A stretch of 64,000 nt of DNA, taken from positions 1 to 64,000 of IMG/VR virus record IMGVR_UViG_3300042691_021876; one strand, given 5' to 3'. Every line of letters starts with the position of its first letter. Positions within the stretch are counted from its first letter, which is position 1. The notes under the pieces were generated by a model that was not told where the DNA came from, made no database searches, and was given only the letters and a program-made list of their open reading frames with translations. The position numbers and the translations under genes are program-made. Source of the stretch: a virus. Positions 42,316 to 53,240 of the stretch are shown in pieces.

Positions 42316-43261
42316 AGATATCTGAAATAAGGAAAATAGATTTGATTCCTCCTTGAAAGTTTAAGGGCGCTTTCCCTTCCCCTCCTCCGGACGTTTGATA
42401 TCTGATACCAGGATTAATTGAATCTGATAACATTTCTACAAGTTTGTCCATTACAGAGATTTTCTGTAAACTCCAAGTAAAAGATTCTTGAACTGCTCTA
42501 TCATATGAAGTTTGGTTTAATACTTTCCAATCACTAAATGAAAACGGAGCATACTTAATAAATGTTTTATCAAATGTTTGTCCTGCTTGTTGTTTTTGTT
42601 TAATGAAGTTTTTGATGAATGACATAATACCAAGAGATGGCAAATAGATTTTGAAGTTCTCACCATTTTTCATTTGAATGTGAAAAGATTGATCTTCAGC
42701 ATTGTAATACTTCATGATTCTTTCATCAGGATTAAAATAATCCAATGAATCTTTAGTTACTTCAATTTTTTGGTCTGCGCCATCTTCATCAGATACACTT
42801 ACAAATAAACGGTTCTCGCCATTCTTAAATGTATAATCACGCACTGCAAAGATTAGGTAAAAACGGTCAATTTCTAAAAGATCTTTATAAGTACCAGGTT
42901 TTCCAGGCACTTTAATTCTAACACATTTTTCCATGATAAAGTTAAGCATATCATCTACACCTAATAAGTCATTATCATCGATTGTTGACCAGTGACGGAT
43001 TTCTGAAACTGTTGCTGCTCTTAAAGCAACTTGTGTTCCAGCTCTGTAAAACATACCTTGTGAAGGTAGAGATTCCATTGGCATATTCTTCCAGCCAATT
43101 TCTGCTGCTAACACTTCATCATCTTCATATTCTACAAATTTCTGTGCTTTACCAATAATAGCCGGTTTAGCTTCTTCGGTAATAGCTTGTTCTTCTTGTT
43201 GAACTAAAAGAGCCGCTTCTTTTTCAAGTAGATCTTTTACATTCTCTGTTTCTTGTGACAT
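42299..43261 (-). CDS. tail assembly chaperone / T4 gp26-like baseplate hub protein
   Basis: LPSQGMFY, LRAATVSEI, DLLEIDRFYLIFAVR; between tube and tape measure; start re-assigned to MSQETE. Confidence 0.75.
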   Translation of the reverse strand: MSQETENVKDLLEKEAALLVQQEEQAITEEAKPAIIGKAQKFVEYEDDEVLAAEIGWKNMPMESLPSQGMFYRAGTQVALRAATVSEIRHWSTIDDNDLLGVDDMLNFIMEKCVRIKVPGKPGTYKDLLEIDRFYLIFAVRDYTFKNGENRLFVSVSDEDGADQKIEVTKDSLDYFNPDERIMKYYNAEDQSFHIQMKNGENFKIYLPSLGIMSFIKNFIKQKQQAGQTFDKTFIKYAPFSFSDWKVLNQTSYDRAVQESFTWSLQKISVMDKLVEMLSDSINPGIRYQTSGGGEGKAPLNFQGGIKSIFLISDIFDELV

Positions 43262-43285
43262 ATATTCTATATTATTTAGATTTAG

Positions 43286-43313
43286 TTTATATATCACAGG
43301 TATGTAATGGTTC
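43286..43313 (-). promoter_or_regulatory. overlapping class II and class III promoter
   Basis: GAAC-N18-TATAAA containing GATATATA. Confidence 0.65.
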
Positions 43314-43327
43314 TTAAATTTAGGCAC

Positions 43328-43356
43328 AAAAAAAGAGGGAACTTGCGAACCCTCTT
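43328..43356 (-). terminator. intrinsic terminator after the tail tube gene
   Basis: AGAGGG...GCAA...CCCTCT followed by a T-run. Confidence 0.75.
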
Positions 43357-43375
43357 ATTATTAAGTTTAAATTTC

Positions 43376-43933
43376 TTAAAGAATTGTTTCTTCCCAGTAA
43401 TCTGCAGTAAGTGAAAATCCTGTGATTTTGTAGATTCCATTATCCACAAAGTCAGATCCCATTGCAGGAAGCGGTGTTTTAGGAAATACCACAGGACATT
43501 TAACTTGACGGAAGATATCCCCCGCTTTGTTAAAATAATTGATGATCATTGGACCACCTGTGTAATCTTTCTTAAGTCCCATCTTACCAGTTAGCGGATC
43601 GTATATAAGGTCACACCATTTACGAAGTGCTTTATACACATAAGCTGAGTTGCTGTCATCTAAGTTAACCTCAAAATCTAATTTGATTTCAAGAACTGCG
43701 TCAGTAACCATACCACCAGCAAAAGTTCTAGTTGCTGATTTGTATGTTTGCTTTACTTGTTCTGGTAATCTGTTAGTTTCAATTCCTTCAACTTTTGTAC
43801 AGTTTTCCATTACCAGTGTCCAACCAGTAACGGCTGCAGGCGGAGTTAGAAGAACCTCGAACTGTGCGTTGTACAACGGTTCGAATTTTTGCATTGCCGC
43901 CTGGGAGTTTCTATAATGTGGAAGTCCTGCCAT
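43376..43933 (-). CDS. tail tube protein (gp19-like)
   Basis: FEP...FEV, LRKWCDLIYDPLTGKMGLKKDY, VFP; follows the sheath gene. Confidence 0.85.
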   Translation of the reverse strand: MAGLPHYRNSQAAMQKFEPLYNAQFEVLLTPPAAVTGWTLVMENCTKVEGIETNRLPEQVKQTYKSATRTFAGGMVTDAVLEIKLDFEVNLDDSNSAYVYKALRKWCDLIYDPLTGKMGLKKDYTGGPMIINYFNKAGDIFRQVKCPVVFPKTPLPAMGSDFVDNGIYKITGFSLTADYWEETIL

Positions 43934-43974
43934 TTTTATCTTTTATTTATTTTTGCTAATTCTATTGTTAATCC

Positions 43975-46900
43975 TTAGGCTGCTGTAAAACCTCCAGAAG
44001 AGATTGTTCCAGTTTTAAGTATTGTCATACGGTTAATAAATTTCTGGATTCCACGAGCAGGCTCAATAGCAACATCGATTATACCGAAGTTTTGGTCGAT
44101 AATTGCTGGCGTATTATTCGTATCATCCATGATAACAGCGTAATTGTATACACCTCCAGCATTTCTTACAGTGTCAAGATAAGTCTCTACGATAGAACGA
44201 ATTTCTAAACGTGTTGAAGCATCATTAAACTCAAATAAGTATTGTTGTAAGATTTCTTCAATCGCTTCTTCAATCGTAATAAGTAAATCTCTAACGTGTA
44301 AGTTATTAAATGCGGATAGCGTGCGTTGGTAAGCTGTTTGGTTTGCGAATATCATCGGACCAACATTTTTAACTGTAACGATTGGGTTAATACCTTTTGG
44401 TTCAAGATTCTCTCTATCAGAAAGTAAGTAATCGTATTCCATTCTAACAAATTTCGGATTAGAGATTACACCACGGCGTGGACCAGCAACGATTGCAAAT
44501 GGTTCACCGTTAATGAATTTTCTTACGAAATTGTTTGATACGTCTGCAGCTGGCGGAACGCTGATCTCTTTGTTGTTCTCACGGATAATAACGTTAGGTG
44601 AGAATACACCAATGAATTTAGCTCCTTGACCTTCATCAGGTAACCCCCAGATATACGATGGTCCTAATGAAAGGTTACCTCCATCAGCAATATACGTAGT
44701 GTTAAGAACTGGTTTTGGATTTCCAGCAGCCGGGTCAGGCAAGTCTGTAAATCTTGGGTCAGTACTGTTTTGGAACTGAGCACATGATGGCGCATTAAGA
44801 AGAGCTAAACATTTTTGACGATTCATAGCTAATCTACTTAATACTTGTTTTGGACCCATGTTAGGCTCAAGACCACCGTTAAATGTATCAACGATATAAC
44901 GGAAAGCAATTACATCTTTATCTGCAAGTGTTACTGCAAGATTTGTATTCTCAAGAACTCCGTATATTTTTTCTAATTGAGTAGGAGTACCAGGTAAGTG
45001 GTAATCAGTCAATGTAAATCCTGAAAGCCTTGTAAATTGGTAACGATCACAGAATTTTTGGATTGGCGCAAACTTAGTAATTTTTGATGTACCTGATGTA
45101 ATATCAACAAGAGGAGTATCAAGAACTGTATATTCGAAGAATGGTAATCCAGTAGCTGGATCAAGTTTCTTAACCTTAGCAGTTACTCTAATAAGAATAG
45201 GATTAGCAACATTGTTGTTTACAACGTAATCACCAATTTCTAAGCTAGCAGCATTTGTTGGAGTTAATTTGAATTTTTTACCACCACCGTAAAGTCCTGG
45301 CGCTTCAATCGCAATTTGTTCACTAAGGTTTTTCGCAAGAGATGAATAGATTGCAATATCATTAGTTGCATTAGATCCATCAGTATAAACTATAGAACCA
45401 TCGTATGTAAGGTTAACATCAGCAAATGTGTTATCAGCTTTGTTTAATAATGTGTTTGCTGTGTATTGCTCAACTTTTGCTCCAGATAAACCATATGCAA
45501 TTTTAGTATAAGTATCTTTATCAGCGTTCCAAGAATTTGTTACATTCAAGTAATTGTATTGTGAAGAACCAGAACCATATTTAATACGGTCACCGTCAAT
45601 CACAAGGCTACCTGCAATGTTTTTAGCAAGTTTGTTACCTGGATAAGATTCGTAAACAGCAAGTGATGCAATAGAATTTCCTGTAGAAGGAGCAGAACCA
45701 TTGTATGTATTAGTTGGTACGTTTGTTGCTGTATTATTAACTTCAACATAAAATTGTTGACCGCCTGGTAATGTAACTTTAATAAGATCACCTGAAACAG
45801 TTGGTGCAGTATCAAAAGGATTTTCATTAGCCGTTGCAGTACCTACAATACGAACAGATTTGAAATCACCAGAAGTGTTATCAATATCATATGCAGCTAA
45901 TACACCAGTTTCATCAACGATATGCCAATCATCAGAACCTGTATTAATATCAATACCTTGAGTTACATTATAAAGAGTTACTTTATTTTTGTCATCTTTA
46001 GTTTCAGTTTGACCTAAACCTGCAATTTTTGAGTAAACAGTATTTACAGAAGCAATGTAACCAAAATCATTATTACCGTTAATATCAAGATCTGGTATTA
46101 AGTTTATAGCAACAGGCTCATGCGTATCAAACATTGTTACTGTAATATCTCCAGGTTGTAAGTAAGATGCAAATTCATCAAACGGGAATCCTGCAGTACA
46201 GTATTTACTTTGATAGAATGGAGCGCCATTAGTTAAACCTGTTGTTTTAAATGTAACAGTCATGACACCACCTAGTTGTGATACAGTGTCAACTTCAAAA
46301 TACTTAGCATATCCTGGAGCTTGGATTAATACGATATCATCTTGTGTAAGTGATGGGCCTGTAGAAATACCGGTTACTGTTACTGTTCCATTTGATGCAG
46401 GAGCACCTCCTAAAGATGCAGAAGGAAGGGTAAGTACATCATTTAAAGTGTAACCTTCACCACCTTGCGCAATAGTTACAACAGCAGCACCCTGGTTATT
46501 ATATGTTACATTAAATATTGCACTGTAACCAGTTCCTCCAGTTGCGGCAATATTTGTGTATGTAACTGGTAAGAAACCTGTAGTTGCAATTGGAATAAGA
46601 GTAATATCATTAGCTCCTGATACTCCACCAATTAAAGCACCGTCAATAGTTAATGTATCACCTGGGCGATATTGTGATCCAACAGAAGTTAATAGAGCTG
46701 GTAAAGCAATACCATAAACATTCAGTGAACTAACAGTAACAGTTAATGTAGCACCTGTACCATTAACCGATGTTGTTGTTGTGGCAACACCAGCATATGT
46801 AGCTCCTACAATAAGTGAAACATCAATAGTTACGTTTTGACCAGATAGACCTCCAAGAAGAGTGCCATCAATAGTAATAGTATCACCAATGAAGTAACCA

Positions 46901-48681
46901 TTACCACCCGCATTAACAGTTACACCGCCAATTGCTTGAACATTACCAGAACCGTCAGTAATTACATCCACAGTTAAACCAGTACCACCACCCGTTGTTG
47001 CAATAGCGGTAAATGTTGTAGACGGTGTATAAGCACCACCCGTTTGTCCTAATGTACCATCATCAAACTGAAAAGCAGGTCGCCCAATAGTTGGAGGAGT
47101 CCAAGTATTACCAATAGCAGTAATTGCTTGCCCTTTTGCCGTTGTTTGTGTTAGTGTAGAAATAGTTGTGATTGTATCACCAGTATTTGCTGGCTCTATT
47201 ACTTCAATAGTATTTGCTAGAGTCGGAACAGTAGCAGCAACAGTTTTCATAATGTAATTTGATTCTGGACCATCTGCTAAAAGAACACCTGAATTTTCAT
47301 AAGCAGCATCAACGTGAAGAGGAGTGCTTAATTGTAACTCAAGTGATGAACCAGTGTCAATGATATTGTCAATTTTAACAAAGTCATTAGGTAAAGAACT
47401 ATCGTTAATAGTATCAGTACCAAAAGTTTTAATTAATGAATTTGTTGTAAGAGCAGCTGATAAAGCATCATATTGTGCAACTGTAAAAGTTGTATCAGAC
47501 GGGTACGGCTTAGGAATAACTAATACGTTATTAAATAAACCTTTATCACCGCCGAAAGGATATGACTTAACATATACGATTGGTGATAATGAAACGTCAG
47601 TTACTTGAAGCGTTGGATCAAATCCAAAATTAACTGTATTTTTTAAACCTGTGAAAGTTAAAAGAGTTTTAATTGGTGTATTGTATGATAAGAAGTCAAT
47701 CACGTCATCAGTTGTGTTAATTAAGCTGTTTCCAACCATGTCAACTTTATATACTGAATTATCGTAATCATCAAAAGCTTCTTTATTCAAGTTACAGAAT
47801 ACTCCTGTTAATGCAACTGCTGAATTAAGGATAACATCAATAGATTGGTTAGAACCGTTGTTATCAATAAAGTCAGGTATGATAGTTCCTGTAAAAGATC
47901 CAGTCATTGTTACACCGTCAAGGCTTAAGAACTCAAAGAAGTTGCTTGATTTGATACCTCTTAAGTCAAAGTATTTAGAATACGTTGGATCTTGAGAAAG
48001 TAATTGTAAATTTGTCCAGTCTCCTTTCACAACATAAACGTCAACGAAATAATCTGAAAGATAATCGTTAGGTTGGATGTATGAAGGAACGTTTCCTCTT
48101 CCATAGTAATCATCAGCTGTTATATTGTATAACGATGCATTGTCTGATTTACGAACGATGATTGATTGTACTTCTTGTCCAAGATTAACGAAGTTAAACA
48201 AACGGCCACGGTTGGCAGGCTTGCTGTCTACTGTTGCTTGTAAGTATGCTTCATCTGGGAACCAGAAGCGTTCTTTGTTGTAAAAAGATGAAAGAAGCGC
48301 TCTTGTTAAGTTACCGTTTGATTCGTTTGCTGCAATAGCAAAAGAACGATAGTCAACAGCGTCTCCACCTTCGTTTACCGGGATGTTATTCAACGGTAGA
48401 AGATTTAATCCGAATACCGGTGCTGTCTGTAAACAAGTTTCGATTGCTCTGTGGAAAAAAGAACCTCTTTTCTCAAGGAAGGAGTCAACTTCACCAAATA
48501 CTTTACGAGATGTTGCTACATCACGTAAAAATACTGGAGCGTTAAACGGTCCTTTACGAGAGAAACCTACTACAAGACGGATAGTCTGTGTAGTCACAAC
48601 GATTCTTTCTGATGCGTCAAACTCTATTGTGTAGACACCAGATGCCTTAAATCTATTAAGATCAAGTGTGATTTTGGCCAT
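43975..48681 (-). CDS. tail sheath protein (gp18-like) with large insertions, 1568 aa
   Basis: ASGVYTIEFD, VGFSRKGPFNAP; C-terminal VAGPRRG, GINPI, LHVRDLL, FEFNDASTR, DDTNNTPAIID. Confidence 0.92.
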   Translation of the reverse strand: MAKITLDLNRFKASGVYTIEFDASERIVVTTQTIRLVVGFSRKGPFNAPVFLRDVATSRKVFGEVDSFLEKRGSFFHRAIETCLQTAPVFGLNLLPLNNIPVNEGGDAVDYRSFAIAANESNGNLTRALLSSFYNKERFWFPDEAYLQATVDSKPANRGRLFNFVNLGQEVQSIIVRKSDNASLYNITADDYYGRGNVPSYIQPNDYLSDYFVDVYVVKGDWTNLQLLSQDPTYSKYFDLRGIKSSNFFEFLSLDGVTMTGSFTGTIIPDFIDNNGSNQSIDVILNSAVALTGVFCNLNKEAFDDYDNSVYKVDMVGNSLINTTDDVIDFLSYNTPIKTLLTFTGLKNTVNFGFDPTLQVTDVSLSPIVYVKSYPFGGDKGLFNNVLVIPKPYPSDTTFTVAQYDALSAALTTNSLIKTFGTDTINDSSLPNDFVKIDNIIDTGSSLELQLSTPLHVDAAYENSGVLLADGPESNYIMKTVAATVPTLANTIEVIEPANTGDTITTISTLTQTTAKGQAITAIGNTWTPPTIGRPAFQFDDGTLGQTGGAYTPSTTFTAIATTGGGTGLTVDVITDGSGNVQAIGGVTVNAGGNGYFIGDTITIDGTLLGGLSGQNVTIDVSLIVGATYAGVATTTTSVNGTGATLTVTVSSLNVYGIALPALLTSVGSQYRPGDTLTIDGALIGGVSGANDITLIPIATTGFLPVTYTNIAATGGTGYSAIFNVTYNNQGAAVVTIAQGGEGYTLNDVLTLPSASLGGAPASNGTVTVTGISTGPSLTQDDIVLIQAPGYAKYFEVDTVSQLGGVMTVTFKTTGLTNGAPFYQSKYCTAGFPFDEFASYLQPGDITVTMFDTHEPVAINLIPDLDINGNNDFGYIASVNTVYSKIAGLGQTETKDDKNKVTLYNVTQGIDINTGSDDWHIVDETGVLAAYDIDNTSGDFKSVRIVGTATANENPFDTAPTVSGDLIKVTLPGGQQFYVEVNNTATNVPTNTYNGSAPSTGNSIASLAVYESYPGNKLAKNIAGSLVIDGDRIKYGSGSSQYNYLNVTNSWNADKDTYTKIAYGLSGAKVEQYTANTLLNKADNTFADVNLTYDGSIVYTDGSNATNDIAIYSSLAKNLSEQIAIEAPGLYGGGKKFKLTPTNAASLEIGDYVVNNNVANPILIRVTAKVKKLDPATGLPFFEYTVLDTPLVDITSGTSKITKFAPIQKFCDRYQFTRLSGFTLTDYHLPGTPTQLEKIYGVLENTNLAVTLADKDVIAFRYIVDTFNGGLEPNMGPKQVLSRLAMNRQKCLALLNAPSCAQFQNSTDPRFTDLPDPAAGNPKPVLNTTYIADGGNLSLGPSYIWGLPDEGQGAKFIGVFSPNVIIRENNKEISVPPAADVSNNFVRKFINGEPFAIVAGPRRGVISNPKFVRMEYDYLLSDRENLEPKGINPIVTVKNVGPMIFANQTAYQRTLSAFNNLHVRDLLITIEEAIEEILQQYLFEFNDASTRLEIRSIVETYLDTVRNAGGVYNYAVIMDDTNNTPAIIDQNFGIIDVAIEPARGIQKFINRMTILKTGTISSGGFTAA

Positions 48682-48731
48682 TCTGCTTATTAGTTATTTT
48701 TCTTTGATTGTTATTATTATTCAATCCGTAG

Positions 48732-48739
48732 TATATATC
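48732..48739 (-). promoter_or_regulatory. class III late promoter
   Basis: GATATATA upstream of the sheath gene. Confidence 0.7.
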
Positions 48740-48768
48740 TTAGTAAAACTATCAATTTTTAAAAGATA

Positions 48769-50592
48769 TTACCGCATTCTGTAGTTGTGCGACATTGCGT
48801 CTTTTGGTAAAACATAAGGTGTTGGAGATTCAAAAGACTTAATAGTTTTAAACGCGGATAAGAAATCGTCTTCACCTTTATTATTTTGAGACATTGCCTT
48901 TTCTACAGCTAGTTTATATATTTCAGATGTATTATCATATTTATCCTCAACCATCTCAAAATAATCTGTAGTATCAAATAGAGATACAAGATTAACGCAA
49001 GTCATTGCTACATCATCATGAGCAAGTTGAGATTCATATCTTCCTGACGATGAAATACCGAAAGAACTTAATTCATCAAAGGTTCTCTTTTCATTTATTG
49101 TGATTTTCTTAGATTTAACTAGGTTGCGTAATTCACGACAGAATGTTTCACGGTTATCTTTTAACATTTTAACACCCATCTTTAAACTAGTGTTTGCCAT
49201 TGAATGTCTTGTGTATAAAAATATCTCCGGAAAAAACTCTGTATTTTTAGATAACTTTTCAAATATGATGTTACCTTTAAAGTTAATCTCTAATACTATT
49301 TTACAATTTTCAGGTTCAAATAATTCAAACACTAATAGTTCTAAGACTTTTGCAAGTTCCTCAACAGATTGCATATTAGAACGGAACACACCTACTTGAT
49401 TAAGTCTAAAGAAACTTGTTTCATCATCCCAGTCTCGTGTTTTTCTAACAGATGCAATAGATTGCGGAACTAGATTAAAAATGTTAATCACTGAAAAGTC
49501 ACGACCTACACCATCACCTACGTCAACTGCAAACACATATTTGTCTTTTCCATTCCAAGCATCACCTGGATCAAAAGCCGGTAACCATTTTAAGTTATTA
49601 TTATAGTCAGGATAATCCAAGAAAGGATCTGTCTCTTTACAAACAAACTCTTTAGAAACTCTTTTCATTAACATTAATGTATGGCTATCAAAAAGTAATC
49701 TTGATGACGCTAAGAATTGATTACCGTATTCCTGATTAAATAATTCCTCAGAACCAAGGTTACCAATTTCTCGAGCTTTCCAATCTTCATCACGGCCAGG
49801 TACTTGCCACCAATCAACTCGAATTGGGAAGTAACTATTTTTCCTTTCAATCGCACCTTGATAAATTTCATAAAATAAGTTCATGCCATTTGGCGTAGAA
49901 CATATAATAATTCTTGAAATTTGAGATGATGCAAGTGTAGGGTAAATAGAACGATAGAATGGTAATAAGAAGTTTGAATGAATGTGCGCAAACTCATCGG
50001 CAAATAATAAGTGAATGGTAAAACCGATAGCTGCTGTTTTTGTTGTTGCTTGTGAGAATAGACGGCAACCATTATCAAACCTCATACCTGTTACACCACC
50101 TGCAGTAATACCAGGTTTCATAAAGAATGGCAAATTCTTAAGAACAGTTTTAATCTTATCAACAATTTCAGAAGTAGTAGCTAATTTATTTGCAACTACC
50201 ATGATATTTCTATCAGAGTGAAAACATAAATACCATGCAATGAAAATCGATGATGTTACAGTTTTACCAATCTGACGAGATGCAAGCATTACCACAAAAC
50301 GATTATCCTGGAATGCCGCAAGCATATCTTCCTGATATGGTCTTAAACTAATTTGACGAATACCTTCATCCGTCATAGAGTAACAGTACTTGTTACCAAA
50401 GTAAACTACGTCATTAGCACATCTTGCTAATTCCTCAAGCTCTTCTCTTGTATATTCATATACAAGTTCAGGCGCTTTCATATCAATCTTGCCGTCAAAA
50501 AATGGTGAATAATCCGCAGTTAAACCGCGTTCAATTCTATCAACCTCTTCAGCAATTTTCTTGCTATTCCAAATCTTACCTCTATTCGACAT
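48769..50592 (-). CDS. terL: terminase large subunit (gp17-like)
   Basis: LRPYQ, ASRQIGKT, LFADEFAH, STPNG, FNQEY, AVDVGDG, HDDVAM. Confidence 0.95.
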   Translation of the reverse strand: MSNRGKIWNSKKIAEEVDRIERGLTADYSPFFDGKIDMKAPELVYEYTREELEELARCANDVVYFGNKYCYSMTDEGIRQISLRPYQEDMLAAFQDNRFVVMLASRQIGKTVTSSIFIAWYLCFHSDRNIMVVANKLATTSEIVDKIKTVLKNLPFFMKPGITAGGVTGMRFDNGCRLFSQATTKTAAIGFTIHLLFADEFAHIHSNFLLPFYRSIYPTLASSQISRIIICSTPNGMNLFYEIYQGAIERKNSYFPIRVDWWQVPGRDEDWKAREIGNLGSEELFNQEYGNQFLASSRLLFDSHTLMLMKRVSKEFVCKETDPFLDYPDYNNNLKWLPAFDPGDAWNGKDKYVFAVDVGDGVGRDFSVINIFNLVPQSIASVRKTRDWDDETSFFRLNQVGVFRSNMQSVEELAKVLELLVFELFEPENCKIVLEINFKGNIIFEKLSKNTEFFPEIFLYTRHSMANTSLKMGVKMLKDNRETFCRELRNLVKSKKITINEKRTFDELSSFGISSSGRYESQLAHDDVAMTCVNLVSLFDTTDYFEMVEDKYDNTSEIYKLAVEKAMSQNNKGEDDFLSAFKTIKSFESPTPYVLPKDAMSHNYRMR

Positions 50593-51259
50593 TTGTTATG
50601 TTGTTGTCATTTGGTGTTGATCCTGCTCTACGCTCTGGTATTGCATCGCGAAGAGTTTCAATAAGAGCTTTACCACCTCTCATTTGATAAGTTCCTGGTG
50701 TTGTTTCAATTTCAGCGTCTTGGTCAATTAATAGTGGTTCATCACTCATCTTAACTCTATAATCTTCTTTCAGATTCTTGTAGTTATTTTCCATGATTAC
50801 CATGAATTGCGCAAGATGCTTAACAATTTCCATTTTAGATCTTTGCAGTGAAGCAAGAACCTCAAATGTACGTGGGTGTAAATTACCTCCGTCAATTTCT
50901 TCAAGTAATTTAATGATTGCATGTTCTGCGGTTTTCATTTGGAAAAGCAAATTTGAAACTGTGATTTTATCAACCACACTTTTTTGCTTTACATACGGAA
51001 TACTTGAAATGATTTCAGGGTTTAAATAAAACTCTGCGATAGAATTAACAATCGTTTCGGAATTGCTATCAGAATATGTTTTTACTCTTTCGTAATCCAT
51101 AAAGTTACCTTCACGTGCAGGTAACATACTCTTTGCGTCTTCAATACTTAATTGAATATCTTCAATTCCCGAGGATAACATTTTTTCCAGTTCATCGCGA
51201 AGTTCCATTTCTCGCTTTTTGTCTTCTGGTATTTTTCTCATATTACTTAGTTTTGCCAA
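50582..51259 (-). CDS. probable terminase small subunit
   Basis: directly upstream of and overlapping terL; HPRTFEVLASL resembles the gp16 motif. Confidence 0.6.
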   Translation of the reverse strand: MAKLSNMRKIPEDKKREMELRDELEKMLSSGIEDIQLSIEDAKSMLPAREGNFMDYERVKTYSDSNSETIVNSIAEFYLNPEIISSIPYVKQKSVVDKITVSNLLFQMKTAEHAIIKLLEEIDGGNLHPRTFEVLASLQRSKMEIVKHLAQFMVIMENNYKNLKEDYRVKMSDEPLLIDQDAEIETTPGTYQMRGGKALIETLRDAIPERRAGSTPNDNNITNVE

Positions 51260-53240
51260 TCCACGGAAGTCTTAAACGTGGTATTGCGTTGTCAATGATA
51301 ATTCCAAATTGTGCATCTTGAACAATAGTTTCATTTAATATGATAGACTGTTTATCTAAATCCGTTTCCGTTTTATCATATAAACGTAAATTAGTTAATG
51401 CAAGATTACTTCCAACTAACTTATACTTAGAATTTAAACTTCTATCTATTGCATCAAATGGCATGCTTGTATTACTGTATATATTCTCAAGATCTGTTGT
51501 AAGTTCAGGCTGTGGAGTTTCTTCGTTCCACTTTCTAACCCAAAGGTCAATCGTTAACTGTCTATAAAAGTTTGACATATTTACAAATATTGCATACCAA
51601 TAATTTTCTACAAGATTTGCATTAAGAATGTTAAGGTATTCTTTTTGTGAATCTTTAAAAATTATGTATCGGCTTGCATAAATTGAAATTTTCCAACCTG
51701 CTCCATTTGAATATCCGTTAAATAAAATTTGTTCATTAGTTGCTTCTGCAATGTAACCAGTGTTAGAAAATGAAGATGCCCAATTTGAGTAATAAGTACT
51801 TAAGTACTGAATGATTTCATTTTTAACATTAAGCGTGTATACATAACCCGCAGTTACTGCAGTCACTGACGCAATTTCACCATAAAGTGCTAATCCGTTG
51901 TAGTGGCTTATTTTTATGTAAGAACCAACTGCATAATTTCTTTTAGCCGCAATCGTATACGTTAAAGGAGTTGTCAGTGGTCCAGCAGATCCTAATGTAA
52001 GATAACCTTTAACATTATCTTTAGGAAATGGTATAGTAAGTTTTAGTTCTTTAAACCACATGCATAATGATCTATCAACGGTAGCTGGGAAATCCACATT
52101 AGCGCGATATTCAACGGCAGTTGGTTGAACTGTTAAATTGGAATCATAAAGAGATCGTAGATCATATTGTGATTCTGAAAGTATGTTTGTATAATTTGGT
52201 AATTTCAATTGTGATATGATAAGTTTATCATTAATCTGTAAACGAGTTGGATCATAATCAACAGAACCAATCTTCGGATCAAATTGTTGAGGATCTGTTA
52301 TCTGAATTGCTTCAAGTCTAACTTCTTCTCCAAATCTTTCTTCACTATCCCAAGTAAGTTCGTCAAATTGCTCACGTAAATCTTGTGGCTCATAACGGTT
52401 AGCTTTAGGTGCATATTTTTTCAACGATATCTTCCAATAGATTTCCTTTTGCATTAAATCTTTGTAAAGATATGAAGTGTCTATTTCATATATCCTATTT
52501 GTTAATGAAAAGTATATGATGTCTCGTTTTTGAGGCCCTGTTCCTATACCAAAGATTTCTTCGTAGTAATCTTTAACGATTTGAATTTCAAACGGCATCT
52601 CAAAGTCAAGACCCATCGGATTAAACAGAATCTTATTATCAGGAAACTCATTCTTAGGTACAATAACTTTAATACACTTAGGATCATCAACATCGTATAA
52701 AGTCCATTCATGTAATGTTACATCTTTACCAATTGCCATCGGAACAGCTCTTGCATATAAAACATCATGCCCAAATAATTGATTAATACCGTATGATAGT
52801 TGTTTGTATAATGCAACTGCAGGATTAACTGCATAGGGTTTAAAAGTAAAGTTAGCAATCTTTGTTAAGTTACTAATGTTTCCTCTTTCAGAAACTGTAA
52901 ACATTGGAACGAATCCTAAGTAAGGATCTTTAGCATCGGCTGATTGAATACAGTTAACTTCTATACTATTAATTGTAGCAGGTCCGCCACTAATTAATGT
53001 TATACGGAAATCAACGAATAATGTATCGTCAGGATTTAAGATTATGGATTGTAAGTTTTGTGTAGTCAGTTCTATCCAAGATGCACGAACTCTGTTTGAT
53101 ACGCCCCAACGAAATTCTTTTTTAAGTACAGCCACTCCAGTGATGTCATCGCACCAGCCTGTAAGTTGTGTAACGTAATGAAAGGGCTTATCCTGAGTGA
53201 TTTTTACAAAGTCTCCGGGATTAGATAAAATTGCCAGCAT
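51243..53240 (-). CDS. neck/head-closure protein (gp14-like) with C-terminal lectin-like domain
   Basis: INQLFGHDVLY, PQKRDIIYF..NRIYEI gp14-like core. Confidence 0.65.
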   Translation of the reverse strand: MLAILSNPGDFVKITQDKPFHYVTQLTGWCDDITGVAVLKKEFRWGVSNRVRASWIELTTQNLQSIILNPDDTLFVDFRITLISGGPATINSIEVNCIQSADAKDPYLGFVPMFTVSERGNISNLTKIANFTFKPYAVNPAVALYKQLSYGINQLFGHDVLYARAVPMAIGKDVTLHEWTLYDVDDPKCIKVIVPKNEFPDNKILFNPMGLDFEMPFEIQIVKDYYEEIFGIGTGPQKRDIIYFSLTNRIYEIDTSYLYKDLMQKEIYWKISLKKYAPKANRYEPQDLREQFDELTWDSEERFGEEVRLEAIQITDPQQFDPKIGSVDYDPTRLQINDKLIISQLKLPNYTNILSESQYDLRSLYDSNLTVQPTAVEYRANVDFPATVDRSLCMWFKELKLTIPFPKDNVKGYLTLGSAGPLTTPLTYTIAAKRNYAVGSYIKISHYNGLALYGEIASVTAVTAGYVYTLNVKNEIIQYLSTYYSNWASSFSNTGYIAEATNEQILFNGYSNGAGWKISIYASRYIIFKDSQKEYLNILNANLVENYWYAIFVNMSNFYRQLTIDLWVRKWNEETPQPELTTDLENIYSNTSMPFDAIDRSLNSKYKLVGSNLALTNLRLYDKTETDLDKQSIILNETIVQDAQFGIIIDNAIPRLRLPWIGKTK

